Notes: generated by a model from the letters alone, not told the origin. A stretch of DNA of 64,000 nt from Candidatus Binatia bacterium (GCA_038245295.1 JBBRSP010000018.1:41697-105696); one strand, 5' to 3'. Shown: positions 9,610-19,939, counted from the first letter of the stretch. Numbers and translations: made by a program.

Positions 9610-10569
9610 TCATCGCGGCGGCCGCCGGCGGCGGCGGACCACCGGCACGACACGCTCGCGCAAGAACTTTTCCAACCGCAGGTTGAGCAGCTCGGGTTGC
9701 TCGATCAATCCCGTGTGTGTGCCATGACGCAGCGTCAACAGCTCGGCGCCAGGAATACGTTCTTGCATCTGCCTCGCCAGGGTCACCGGCGTGAAGAGAT
9801 CATCTTCACCGGCCACGACCAGGGTCGGCACGTTGATCTTTGCCAACCACGCGCCGGCGTCGTGCTTCTGCATCTCGTGCGCCATCATGAAGAACACCTG
9901 CAGTCGCATCTCGGCCAGATGTTCGAAGTAGGGTTGCATGTCCTCGAAGGCCACCAGCCCGGCGTTGATGATGCCGAGCGACGCCACAGCGTACGGAATC
10001 CGCGAATGCAGCAGCGGGCGGGTCAGCGCCTCGAGCTCGAGCGGGTAGGTAACGGCGAGCCAGTGAATGGCTTCGAACAGTGGACGTGCAATGCTCGGCG
10101 CATTGAAGAAGGTATCAAAAGGCCTGCCATAGCCGCCGCAGATCGGCACCAGTCCAGCCACCCGCCGACGATGCAGACGCCAGAATTCAAGAATCACCTG
10201 GCAACCCATCGAGTGGCCGAGCAGCACCGCGTCGGCGACTCCGGCGGCGTCGAGCACGGCGGCGAGGTCGTGGGCGTTGGCGGTCATGCTCAGGCTGGAA
10301 TGGGTCAGCCGCTTCGGCAAGCCGCTGGAATTGTGACCGCGATAGTCCCAGGTGACGACGCGCCGCTGCGGTGCAAAGTAGCGCACGACGTGGTTCCAGA
10401 AAAACGTGGAGACACCAACGCCGTTGCAACAGACGATGGCGGGCTCGCCATGACCGTAGACGGTGTAGTGGATCGGAACGCCGCGCCAACCGTCGATGTG
10501 GCCGGTGCGAACAACGTCGACGCCGGCTACCGGCTTCTTCCATTCGGGCAGGTTAGTCGCTGGCTCCAT
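9610..10569 (-). CDS. Alpha/beta hydrolase
   Basis: WDYRGH, GHSMG nucleophile elbow, GEDD and HGTH catalytic-triad contexts; start could be 10596. Confidence 0.9.
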   Translation of the reverse strand: MEPATNLPEWKKPVAGVDVVRTGHIDGWRGVPIHYTVYGHGEPAIVCCNGVGVSTFFWNHVVRYFAPQRRVVTWDYRGHNSSGLPKRLTHSSLSMTANAHDLAAVLDAAGVADAVLLGHSMGCQVILEFWRLHRRRVAGLVPICGGYGRPFDTFFNAPSIARPLFEAIHWLAVTYPLELEALTRPLLHSRIPYAVASLGIINAGLVAFEDMQPYFEHLAEMRLQVFFMMAHEMQKHDAGAWLAKINVPTLVVAGEDDLFTPVTLARQMQERIPGAELLTLRHGTHTGLIEQPELLNLRLEKFLRERVVPVVRRRRRPPR

Positions 10570-10709
10570 AATCCAGCGCTTTGACGATGCACTCAACGTG
10601 CCGCGTCAGCGAAGAGAGACAGGCCGTGGGTTTGGCCGCGCGGCGTAGCCGTGGCTTTCTCGTGGCAACCTAAGGCCGTCGCAACCGTGGGAACGCCGCG
10701 GCGCGGGAC

Positions 10710-11141
10710 CTACGCAACCCTGGTGTAGATTCGCGCGAAGCGCGCCTGCTCGGCAAGGCCGAAGTCGCCGGGGCCATACTGCAGCAGCCAGTCGCCGGCG
10801 TTGCCGCGCAACACATCACCACCGGCGCATCGTGCGATGGTGAAGGGCTCGGCCATCTGCTTCGCCAGAACCGGCACCGGTCGCGCCGCGTAGGGACCGT
10901 CCTGCCCCGCTTGCGTGGGGGCGACTGGTTCATACTTGGCGTCAAAGCGCTGGCGGGCAACGCTCCAGCAGCTACCGGTGGATCCGGTCACGACGGCATC
11001 ACCCACCGCGTAACGATTCGGGCCTTCGAGGCTGGTCAACTCGCCGGCTTGTCGCGCGAAGGTCACCGTCACCAGCTCAGTCTTGATGTAGTGGGCCGCG
11101 TCGACGTCGGTTGTCAGGTCGCATCCGTTCAGTTCGAGCAT
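10710..11141 (-). CDS. PGDYG-domain protein
   Basis: SLEG..RY..GDAVVTGSTG..W.V....F..KY and GDWLLQYGPGDFG. Confidence 0.75.
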   Translation of the reverse strand: MLELNGCDLTTDVDAAHYIKTELVTVTFARQAGELTSLEGPNRYAVGDAVVTGSTGSCWSVARQRFDAKYEPVAPTQAGQDGPYAARPVPVLAKQMAEPFTIARCAGGDVLRGNAGDWLLQYGPGDFGLAEQARFARIYTRVA

Positions 11142-11144
11142 GGG

Positions 11145-12254
11145 TCATCCAAACATCATCGGGGACAACACATGCCCTGCATCCGGCTTGGCGCGGCCGG
11201 CCAGGGTGTCCTGATAGACACCCTCCATGTCGACGGCGCCGCGACCGTGCACGACGTGAATCCACTTCGACGCCGGCTCGACAAATTCGAGCCACGATTT
11301 GCCCATACGCTGTTGCAGTCCGCCGGCGCCCCATTCCTTTGTGCGCTTGGCGGCCTGATCGGGCGCGAAGAACAGGGCAGGCTGCGGGCCGGGCAGATCC
11401 TGGCCTATGGCAACCTTGTCCCAATGCGTGCCGCCGACGACGCAGCTGTACTTGAGTGCGTCGGCGAAGTGTTCGTGGATGCCGCGCACGACGGCGCCGT
11501 TGCCGGCCATGTCGACGAACACACTCGGCGTCGACGCCGGCAACGTCGTGAGATCATCGTAGGGCACGACGCGGTCGTAACAGCCGAGGCTTTCGACGAA
11601 GGCGACGTTGCTCGGCGAGGTGAGGCCAACCACCTCAACCTGGCCGCGTCGGTTGGCGTGCAGGCAATACGCCAGACTGAGCGACGTCTTGCTCGAAGCG
11701 CTGCTGATGATCACCTGACGGGCGCCGAAGAAGTTGTTGTCGGCGAGGAAGTCGTCGATCAGGAACGACGTGAGGAAGAGCACACGCAGCAACATCTGCA
11801 GATCCTCGCGGCGCGGATCGTAGCCGGGATCGGCGGCGACACGTGTGTACGAGTTGTAGAGCCCGTGCAGATGCTGTCGGTGGGCGCTGGCATCGTGGAA
11901 GCCGGCGGCGTTCACTTGCGCCGGCTGCAACACTGTCCACGTCGACATCGGCCAGTAGCCGAACAGCCGCTCGCCGGGTTTCACGTCGGGGCAATTGGAG
12001 CGCACGACATCGCCAAAACCCCAGACAGGAATACGCCCCCAGCCCTCGGGCGCCGGGTAGAAGTCCCAGTAACGCATCATGTCGCCGAAAACCGCGTAGG
12101 TGATGTTGTTGGCGGTGAAGGCGAACTTGTCGACGGCGACCAGGATCTCGCCCGGCTTCAGGTCGACGGCGCTCGCGTCGGCGGCGGGGGCGATCTGCGT
12201 CTCGTGCAGGGCGCCTTTGCGGACGAGGAAGTCGTAAGCGGAAGGAGTTGTCAT
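11145..12254 (-). CDS. DUF2855 family protein (MDR-like fold)
   Basis: FAFTANNITYA.FG..M.YWDFYP, PVWGF, GERLFGYWPMS, SSASSKT, FFAPD motifs. Confidence 0.85.
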   Translation of the reverse strand: MTTPSAYDFLVRKGALHETQIAPAADASAVDLKPGEILVAVDKFAFTANNITYAVFGDMMRYWDFYPAPEGWGRIPVWGFGDVVRSNCPDVKPGERLFGYWPMSTWTVLQPAQVNAAGFHDASAHRQHLHGLYNSYTRVAADPGYDPRREDLQMLLRVLFLTSFLIDDFLADNNFFGARQVIISSASSKTSLSLAYCLHANRRGQVEVVGLTSPSNVAFVESLGCYDRVVPYDDLTTLPASTPSVFVDMAGNGAVVRGIHEHFADALKYSCVVGGTHWDKVAIGQDLPGPQPALFFAPDQAAKRTKEWGAGGLQQRMGKSWLEFVEPASKWIHVVHGRGAVDMEGVYQDTLAGRAKPDAGHVLSPMMFG

Positions 12255-12448
12255 GCGGGCACGGGTACTCGCCTGTGCGGCGTCGTGCAAGAAGGGACAC
12301 GTTCAAACGGATTGGAACGGTAGGGGGTCGGGCGTCCGGGGCAGGGTGGGAATGGCAGGAGCATTGTGACGGCGCTGCTTGCCGCGCGACAGGCCAACCT
12401 CGACGATCTATTGAGGACTGCCGCGACCTACACACCACCAGCCGCTCT

Positions 12449-12590
12449 TTGCCGCAGATGCAGACGGATGCACACAGATGCAGGCCCGTCGGGCCAGCGA
12501 TGCTGGCGATGTCTGTTTACAAGCCAGCTGTGTTCATCCCACTCATCCGTGGCAAACAGCCTCTCGGTTGGGTTGCGGGCGAAGCCCGCG
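12449..12590. repeat. Palindromic intergenic element with (C/G)AGATG/GGATG 10-bp subrepeats and a GCGGGC-GAA-GCCCGC hairpin
   Basis: TTGCCGCAGATG (12449-60) pairs with CATCCGTGGCAA (12544-55); hairpin 12575-12589. Confidence 0.6.
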
Positions 12591-12913
12591 TCGTGTCCTT
12601 CATGGTGCAAGATCCTTGGTGGCGGCTGATTCAACGAGACGCCCAAAGGCCGAACAGGCGGCTGCAGGGGACGGCGGGGAGATTACTCCCTCGATCGCCA
12701 TTGCTTCGAAGGGCGGTGGAAACTTGCCATCCACTTTCACCATAGCCACCAACGTCCCACCGCGATAGATGAACGGCATTCGTGTTGTCGATCTGTGCGA
12801 GATGCCCTTGACCGCCAATCGCCGCGAGGCGCCGGCGGTTGTCCCGTAGCGGACCGCCACTGATCCCCGGGGCTGCGGTCGAACGAGAAGACTCGTGTCA
12901 GGAGGACAAGCCA

Positions 12914-14446
12914 ATGCAACTCGGACCCGCCGCCAACGCAGTCAACACGCCGGACAAACTGGCGCTGGTTTTCGGTGATCGACGCCACACGTGGCGCGAA
13001 TGGAACGGCCGCATGTGTCGGCTCGCCAATGGCCTGCGCACGCTCGGTCTGCAGCCCGGGGACAAAGTTGCCGTGTTGCTTAACAACTGCCCGGAGCTGA
13101 TCGAAGTCACCAGCGCCATGACCAAGGTCGGCCTCACCGCCGTGCCGCTCAACTATCGGCTGACGGCGGAAGAAGCGCAGTACATCGTCCACAACTCCGA
13201 CGCGCGCGCCTTCATCTTCGGCAGCGAGTTCACCGAGCGTGTCAGCGTCATCCAAGAAGACCTGCCCAACATCGCGCCGGCCAACTTCATCGTTGTCGGT
13301 CGACCCGTGCCCGGCTTCGAGCGCTACGAAGATCTGCTCGGGGCGCACAATGACGACGAGCCGAGCGTCGACGCGCCGGTAACCAGCCCAACGATGATCT
13401 ACACCTCGGGGACGACGGGCCGCCCCAAGGGCGTCGCGCGCCGCGGCGGCAGCGATCCGGTTGTCGTCATGGGCATCATCCAGGGCTTCGAGCTCGGTCG
13501 CGATGAAGTTCATCTGGTGTGTTGCCCGCTCTATCACAGTGCGCCGCTGCTCGGTGTGGCTCTCACCGTCGCTCTCGGCGGCACGCTCGTCATCATGCCG
13601 AAGTTCGATGCCGAAGAATTTTTGCGCCTGGTCGAGCGCGAGAAGGTCACGTCGACAATGGCCGTTCCGACCGTAATGAAGCGCCTGGTGGCCTTGCCGC
13701 CGCAAACCAGGCAGCGTTACGACGTCGGTTCCTTCCGGCGCATGATCTTCGGCGCCGCGCCCTGCCCGATGGAAACGAAACGCGCCGTTGCCGATTTCTT
13801 CGGGAATTGTTTGTACGAGTATTACGGCTCGACCGACGCCGGCCTCAACACGATCTTACCGCCTGGTGATCAGTTCTCGAAGGTCGGCAGCTGCGGCCGC
13901 ATTCTGCCAGGCAACGACGTCAAGATTTTCGATGATGACGGCAGAGAGCTCGGGATCGGCGCGGTCGGCGATGTGTACATCCACAGCTCGGCCGTCGACA
14001 ACGTCCGTTACTACAAGGATCCGGAGAAAACGCGTCTGGCCTTTCGTGGCCGGCACATGACGGTCGGCGACATGGGTTACGTTGATGCCGACGGCTACCT
14101 CTACCTGGTTGACCGCAAGATCGACATGATCATCTCCGGTGGCGTCAACATCTATCCGGCCGAGATCGAAGCGCTGATCCACGAGCATCCCGCGGTGCTC
14201 GACTGCGCGGTACTCGGCGTACCCAATGACGAATGGGGCGAAGAGGTGAAAGCGGTGGTCCAGCTGAAAGACGGTGCCAGCGCCGACGCGTCAGAGATCC
14301 TCGCTTTCCTGGCGCCGCGCCTCGCCGACTACAAGCGGCCGCGCAGCATCGACTTCGTCGACGAAATCCCGCGCAACCCGTCGGGCAAGATTCTCAAGCG
14401 CGAGCTGCGCAAGCGCTACTGGGAGAACGCCGGGCGGAGCATTTGA
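12914..14446 (+). CDS. Acyl-CoA synthetase (AMP-binding enzyme)
   Basis: YTSGTTGRPKG, YGSTD, GDMGYVD, DRKIDMIISGG.NIYP.EIE, PRNPSGKILK; GGAGG RBS before ATG 12914. Confidence 0.95.
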   Translation: MQLGPAANAVNTPDKLALVFGDRRHTWREWNGRMCRLANGLRTLGLQPGDKVAVLLNNCPELIEVTSAMTKVGLTAVPLNYRLTAEEAQYIVHNSDARAFIFGSEFTERVSVIQEDLPNIAPANFIVVGRPVPGFERYEDLLGAHNDDEPSVDAPVTSPTMIYTSGTTGRPKGVARRGGSDPVVVMGIIQGFELGRDEVHLVCCPLYHSAPLLGVALTVALGGTLVIMPKFDAEEFLRLVEREKVTSTMAVPTVMKRLVALPPQTRQRYDVGSFRRMIFGAAPCPMETKRAVADFFGNCLYEYYGSTDAGLNTILPPGDQFSKVGSCGRILPGNDVKIFDDDGRELGIGAVGDVYIHSSAVDNVRYYKDPEKTRLAFRGRHMTVGDMGYVDADGYLYLVDRKIDMIISGGVNIYPAEIEALIHEHPAVLDCAVLGVPNDEWGEEVKAVVQLKDGASADASEILAFLAPRLADYKRPRSIDFVDEIPRNPSGKILKRELRKRYWENAGRSI

Positions 14447-14458
14447 TCAGCAGCTCTG

Positions 14459-14529
14459 CAGGCTGAAGCCTGCGCCTACCCGTCGGCCCACGGCTGAAAT
14501 GCAAACCGGTAGGCGCAGGCTTCAGCCTG
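14459..14529. repeat. GTAG-type REP inverted pair between convergent genes
   Basis: CAGGCTGAAGCCTGCGCCTACC (14459-80) and its perfect reverse complement GGTAGGCGCAGGCTTCAGCCTG (14508-29). Confidence 0.8.
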
Positions 14530-14539
14530 TGGGCCTGCT

Positions 14540-15517
14540 TCACACCGCGACGCCCTGGGAATCGAAGATACCGTCGAACAACGCCGTGCTGAGGTAACGC
14601 TCGCCCGAGTCGGGCAACACGGTAACGATCGTTTTGCCGGCGTTCTCTGGCCGACGTGCCAGGCGCACGCACACCGCAACCGCGGCGCCGCAGGAGATAC
14701 CGGCGAGGATCCCTTCCTCGCGTGCCAGGCGGCGCGCGTACTCGATGGCCTCCTCGTTCGTGACCTGCTCGATTGCGTCGATGAGCGACATGTCAACAAT
14801 TGCCGGCACGAAACCGGCGCCGATGCCCTGGATCTTATGCGGCCCCGGTTTGAGCTCGACACCGGCCCGCGTCTGCGTCAGCACCGGGCTCGCCGACGGT
14901 TCGACAGCGACGGTGTAGATGGCCTTGCCGCGTGTCTTCTTGATGTAGCGTGACACGCCGGTGATGGTGCCGCCGGTGCCGACACCGGAGACGAAGATGT
15001 CGATGGCGCCGTTGGTATCGTCCCATATCTCCGGGCCGGTGGTGCGTTCGTGGATCGCCGGATTGGCCGGGTTGGCGAATTGTTGGAGTAGCACGTAACG
15101 CGACGGATCGGTGGCGACGATCGACTCGGCCTTGGCGATGGCGCCGCTCATGCCGCGGGCACCTTCGGTGAGCACGAGGTTGGCACCGTAGGCCACCAGC
15201 AACTTGCGCCGTTCGATGCTCATGGTGTCGGGCATGGTCAGCGTCAGCTTGTAACCACGTGACGCCGCCACGAAGGCTAGCGCGATGCCGGTGTTGCCGC
15301 TGGTCGGCTCGACCAGTTCCTTACCGGGTCCGAGCACCCCGCGCCGCTCGGCATCCCACACCATCGACGCGCCGATGCGGCATTTCACCGAGTAGGCCGG
15401 ATTGCGGCCTTCGATCTTCGCCAGGATCGTTGCCGGCGCGCCGTCCTGAATGCGATTGAGTCGCACCAGCGGCGTGTGGCCGATCGAGCTGGCGTTGTCT
15501 TCAAACCATTTGGGCAT
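14540..15517 (-). CDS. cysK: Cysteine synthase A (O-acetylserine sulfhydrylase)
   Basis: [11 protein letters not shown] (PLP Lys), [36 protein letters not shown]. Confidence 0.95.
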   Translation of the reverse strand: MPKWFEDNASSIGHTPLVRLNRIQDGAPATILAKIEGRNPAYSVKCRIGASMVWDAERRGVLGPGKELVEPTSGNTGIALAFVAASRGYKLTLTMPDTMSIERRKLLVAYGANLVLTEGARGMSGAIAKAESIVATDPSRYVLLQQFANPANPAIHERTTGPEIWDDTNGAIDIFVSGVGTGGTITGVSRYIKKTRGKAIYTVAVEPSASPVLTQTRAGVELKPGPHKIQGIGAGFVPAIVDMSLIDAIEQVTNEEAIEYARRLAREEGILAGISCGAAVAVCVRLARRPENAGKTIVTVLPDSGERYLSTALFDGIFDSQGVAV

Positions 15518-15629
15518 CAACGTACCTCCGTCGTTCATTTGCACAGCGCACGAGGACTTCCGCTCGTGGGCTCGAGAACTTCATATCCTTCGCACCTCGA
15601 TAAGAGCAACGTCCCGTTTGGCCGTTGGC

Positions 15630-16108
15630 CGTCGTCCCGGCCCTCGAGACTGTCGGTTTTCTCGGATTCATCGCTTGGAAGCACACAACATTTCCGTCAT
15701 TCCGGCGAAAGCCGGAATCTCCCCATCATTTTTGGCCTTCCACTCGAGGAGATCCCGGCTTTCGAGACTGTCGTAAGACCAAAGTGGAGCAACGTCATCC
15801 CGGTGAAAACCGGGATCTCCCCCTGCTGGAAGCCTCGAGAGCTGGAGAGATACCGGCTTTCGCCGGTATGACGAACAGGTCTGCTCGGTTTCAAATTCGG
15901 TTTTCGAGTAAATCGACACACTCTTTCGCCGGTATGACGGAAAGGTCTGCTCGGTTTCAAATTTGGTTTCCGAGTAAATCGACATACTCTTTCGCCGGGA
16001 TGACGTTGCTTCATTTCAGTTTATCGACAGTCTCGAAGGCTAGGGTCCAGTGATGAAAACGTAGCTGTGCGTTCGGTTACGCTGGGTCCCGGCCTTCGCC
16101 GGGACGAC
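15630..16108. repeat. Cluster of CGTC-type REP palindromes with nested MITE-like unit and 66-bp tandem repeats
   Basis: CGTCATTCCGGCGAAAGCCGGAATC-like copies; ~49-bp imperfect inverted repeats 15761-15809 / 15989-16037; tandem units starting 15857, 15923, 15989. Confidence 0.8.
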
Positions 16109-16179
16109 TCATCAGGAAAGAAAGCCGATTTGGCTTTGAGTTGCTGACAGGTGATGGGCAAACACAGTATCTAGCGGCG

Positions 16180-18651
16180 ATGGCTCGCACCGCTCCCTGT
16201 CCGCTGTTGGCACCGTACCGCGTTCTTGACCTTACGGACACGCGAGCCGAGCTCGGGCCGCTGCTGCTGGCCGGCATGGGCGCCGATGTGATCAAGATCG
16301 AACCACCGGGCGGTGATGCGTCGCGTCTGGCGCCGCCCCTTGACCCCACGCAGCCGGCGGGCAGGCAGAGCTTGCGCTTCCATGCGTTCAATCGTGGTAA
16401 GCGCAGCATCACGCTCGACCTCGACGACGCCGCCGGCCGCGCGGCGATGTTCCGGCTGGTTGCGACAGCCGACTTCGTCTTCGAGAACGCCGCCCCGGGT
16501 GCGATGGCGGCGCGCGGGCTCGGCTTCGAAGCGCTACGCGCCGTCAATCCGAGGCTTGTCTACGTGGCGATCTCACCGTTCGGGCAGGACGGACCTTATG
16601 CGCATCATCTGGCCACGGACCTGACGCTCTCCGCGATGGGCGGAGCGATGGCTTTGAATGGCGATGCCGATCGCCGGCCGGTACGCATCAGCGTGCCGCA
16701 GACGTGGTATCACGCAGCCGCCGAGAGTGTGGTCGGGGCATTGGTGGCGCAGCGGCGGCAGGTGCAGACGGGTGAAGCGCAGTTCGTCGACGTGTCGGTG
16801 CAAGCGGCGGTGTTCTGGACCGGTCTGAGCGCCATGATCGCCCACGCCATTCAGGGTAAGAATATCGAACGCAACGGCACGCTGCTGCAGCTCAGCACGA
16901 TGGTGACGCCCCTCGTGTATCCGTGCGCCGACGGCGAGGTGGTGCTCATCACGACCACCGCGACGCTCAATAAACTCATTCCTTGGATGCTGGAAGACGG
17001 CGTCGTCGACGCCGAGTGGGTCGCCGCCGAGGACTGGAAGACGTACGAGGTTCGCATGCTCACGGGTGCGCCGCTGGCCCATTCGATGCCGGCGGTGCAA
17101 GAACGCGTGCGCGCCTTCTGCGCGCGCTTCACGAAGGCCGAGTTGTTCGCGCGCGGCATCGCCGGCAGCGCGACGATTGCCCCGGTGAATACCATCGCCG
17201 ATGTCGTCGGCCTCGATCATCTGCGGCAGCGCCAATACTGGCAAGGCTACGAGTTGCCAAGCGGCCGCAGCCTGCATGCAGCCGGCGAATTTGTGCGCTT
17301 CTCGGAGACGCCGATCGAGTTTTGCGGGTCGGCGCCGGTGGCGGATGAGCATGGTGACGAGATTCGCGGCGGGCTCGCCGCCGGCGCGGCAGCGGGGCAT
17401 GGGACTCGTGGGTCCGATAGGTCACATGAGTCCCTTGAAGTGCCCCTGCCCTTCCAAGGAATCAAAGTCGCCGACTTCTCCTGGATCGGTGTCGGCCCAA
17501 TCACAGCCAAATATCTCGCCGATCACGGCGCCACGGTGGTGCACATCGAGACCGAGTTTCCGGTCGATCGTTTACGGGTCGTCGGGCCGTTCAAGGACAA
17601 CATCGCCGGGCCAAACCGCTGTCAGTTCTTCGGCTCGTTCAACACCTCCAAACTATCGTTGGCGATCAATCTCAAGACACCCGAGGGACTCGAAGTCGCC
17701 AAGAAGCTGATCGCCTGGGCCGACATCGCTCTCGATTCGTTCACGCCCGGCACCGTCGCCGACCTTGGCTTCGGCTACGACGTGGCACGGCAGATCAACC
17801 CGCAGATCATCATGGCGAGTACGTGCCTGATGGGTCAGACCGGCCCGGCCGCGGCACTCGCCGGTTACGGCTACCACGCCGCGGCTGTGTCTGGGTTCTA
17901 TGAGGTCACGGGTTGGGATGATCGCCCACCCGGCGGACCATTCATGGCGTATACCGACACCATCGCACCGCGCTTTCTGGGGGCGGCCTTGATGGCGGCG
18001 CTCGATCACCGTCGGCGCACCGGCGAGGGACAGTTCATCGATCAAGCGCAGATGGAATCATCGCTCTACTTCCTCGCCCCGGAGATTCTCGACTACCAGG
18101 TGAGCGGCCGCGTTCCGCGCCGCAACGGCAACGAGGCGACCGACGCGACGCCACACGATGCGTATCCGTGCGCCGGTGATGACCAATGGTGTGCCATCGC
18201 CGTCGAAACCGACGAGCAGTGGCGCGGTCTGCGCCGTGCCCTCGGCGATCCCGCGTGGGCCACCGAGGCGGCACTCGACACATTCGAGGGACGCCGTGCC
18301 GAACGCGAGTTGATCGACGACAAGCTGGCCGAATTTACGCGACGGGTCGAGCCGCGTGTTTTGATGGAGCAACTGCAAGCGGCGGGTGTCCCCGTCGGTA
18401 TGGTGCAGCGCTCGAGTGATCACCTGAACGATCCACAACTCCGCCATCGCGCCTTCTTCCGCCCCTTGGCGCATGCCGAGATGGGAGAGGTCCCCTACGA
18501 AGGGCACCAATTCCGCATAGCCGGGTACGACAATGGGCCGCGCTTCGCGGCGCCCTGTCTTGGTGAGCATTCCTTGCAGGTGCTCCAGGAGATTCTCGGC
18601 TACGACGACGAGAACCTGGCGCGTATCGCCGCAAGTGGAGCGCTGCAGTAG
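16180..18651 (+). CDS. Class III (CaiB/BaiF) CoA-transferase, two fused domains
   Basis: Two copies of the fold: RVLDLT...GADVIKIEPP...NRGKRSI and KVADFSW...GATVVHIE...NTSKLS; C-terminal APCLGEH. Confidence 0.92.
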   Translation: MARTAPCPLLAPYRVLDLTDTRAELGPLLLAGMGADVIKIEPPGGDASRLAPPLDPTQPAGRQSLRFHAFNRGKRSITLDLDDAAGRAAMFRLVATADFVFENAAPGAMAARGLGFEALRAVNPRLVYVAISPFGQDGPYAHHLATDLTLSAMGGAMALNGDADRRPVRISVPQTWYHAAAESVVGALVAQRRQVQTGEAQFVDVSVQAAVFWTGLSAMIAHAIQGKNIERNGTLLQLSTMVTPLVYPCADGEVVLITTTATLNKLIPWMLEDGVVDAEWVAAEDWKTYEVRMLTGAPLAHSMPAVQERVRAFCARFTKAELFARGIAGSATIAPVNTIADVVGLDHLRQRQYWQGYELPSGRSLHAAGEFVRFSETPIEFCGSAPVADEHGDEIRGGLAAGAAAGHGTRGSDRSHESLEVPLPFQGIKVADFSWIGVGPITAKYLADHGATVVHIETEFPVDRLRVVGPFKDNIAGPNRCQFFGSFNTSKLSLAINLKTPEGLEVAKKLIAWADIALDSFTPGTVADLGFGYDVARQINPQIIMASTCLMGQTGPAAALAGYGYHAAAVSGFYEVTGWDDRPPGGPFMAYTDTIAPRFLGAALMAALDHRRRTGEGQFIDQAQMESSLYFLAPEILDYQVSGRVPRRNGNEATDATPHDAYPCAGDDQWCAIAVETDEQWRGLRRALGDPAWATEAALDTFEGRRAERELIDDKLAEFTRRVEPRVLMEQLQAAGVPVGMVQRSSDHLNDPQLRHRAFFRPLAHAEMGEVPYEGHQFRIAGYDNGPRFAAPCLGEHSLQVLQEILGYDDENLARIAASGALQ

Positions 18652-18925
18652 GCTGATTGATTACGAGCGCACAGCATCTGCTGGTCGATTGCCGTGTCCG
18701 TGACGCGCCAGGAAGCCCCAGGATCGACGATCAGAGGGCGACCTAGGCCTACCTAGCCACACAAACTCAACGTTTTTTGGCTCTCACGACAGATAACTGG
18801 GTGGCTACCCCTGATTTGATTGATGATTCTCGGCAGTCACCACGCTCAAACGCCTGCGGGCGGGAGCAACCCGACGCACTACCGCTTCCCGCCCGATAAT
18901 CGGCGCGCCCAGGCGGTTTCGGGAC

Positions 18926-19939
18926 TCACATCGGCGCCGGGGCGGGATAGTGGATGTACTCGTCGATGAGGCGTTCGCACAGGACGTGATCGCGCGGCGG
19001 GTCGCCTTCCATGTGGCCGCGATGTCGCATGTCGTCGAGCAGGCGGTCGACGACGAAGTCGACGGTGAGATCGTCACTGTGTTCTTGCCAGCGCTTCTTC
19101 TCCGCCGCGTCGGCGAAACAGTACGCCTTCCACGAGACCGAGAAGCGCAAGTCGCGCCAATCGTACGTCGCCACCGAGCGCTCTTTGTCGATCACGTGCC
19201 ACGTACGATCGCCCGCGAAGCTCAACCGCATGCCGCGTGCGAGTGGGGTGATCGGTTGCGACGTCTCGGCAACGCGATCAACTCCATGAAAGACACTGTC
19301 GGTGTCGAGCAGAACTGCCGTGTTGTAACGCACTGGTTGAGCCACCGGCGCCGCGGCGGCACCGTCGGGATAGAATACGAACTCACCACCCTTGCAGTCG
19401 TGGAACCACGACACGCCGGTGGCAATCGGCATGCGCCACTCCTCGAACAGCTTCGAATGATGCATGACGACGATCAGCCACTGCGGATGCGTCTTGCGGC
19501 TGACGCCGCGAAATTCGCCGACATCGGTGTGCACGGCGAGCTCCTGTCCTGGGACCAACAGGTTGGCGAACACGATGGCCGGCTCGATCACGGGTCGGCC
19601 GTAGAGTTGGCGCGACGCTTCGATAAAACCTTCATGATAGAGGAATGGCTCGATCCCGGCGGCGCGAATCTCGTGGCCATAGGCATAGGTCTCGCGGAAA
19701 TAATTCGTGCGCGCCGCCAACGTGCGAATGTCCTCGTGGCGCGCGAAGCGACCGCCGGTCTTCACGAAGTTGCGCACGGCATCGTAACGCGCCGGTAGTC
19801 CCTCGCCGAAGCCCGCGAACGTCGGCTCTTCGGAGTACATACCGTAGCTGCCGTAGGCCTCGCAGAGCCGCACCAGTGCATCGGCTTGCGTCTCACTGAG
19901 AAGCGGATCGAATGTGGTGACGGCATTTACGGTACCCAT
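18926..19939 (-). CDS. Hypothetical protein, probable 2OG-Fe(II)-type oxygenase fold
   Basis: PGQELAVHTD...GGEF.FYP...FHGV: HxD plus distal His pattern. Confidence 0.55.
   Translation of the reverse strand: MGTVNAVTTFDPLLSETQADALVRLCEAYGSYGMYSEEPTFAGFGEGLPARYDAVRNFVKTGGRFARHEDIRTLAARTNYFRETYAYGHEIRAAGIEPFLYHEGFIEASRQLYGRPVIEPAIVFANLLVPGQELAVHTDVGEFRGVSRKTHPQWLIVVMHHSKLFEEWRMPIATGVSWFHDCKGGEFVFYPDGAAAAPVAQPVRYNTAVLLDTDSVFHGVDRVAETSQPITPLARGMRLSFAGDRTWHVIDKERSVATYDWRDLRFSVSWKAYCFADAAEKKRWQEHSDDLTVDFVVDRLLDDMRHRGHMEGDPPRDHVLCERLIDEYIHYPAPAPM

Noticed and set aside
15540..15610. SAM-I riboswitch upstream of cysK (CTCTTATCGAG on minus strand)
   Set aside because: The GAGGGA...GCCC, GCAACC and GTGC.AA core elements are absent
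15857..16005. 66-bp periodic repeats as a CRISPR array
   Set aside because: The would-be spacers are near-identical to each other, only three short repeats, no cas genes
18652..18925. Lower-GC intergenic stretch as a MITE remnant
   Set aside because: No convincing terminal inverted repeats or second copy in the window
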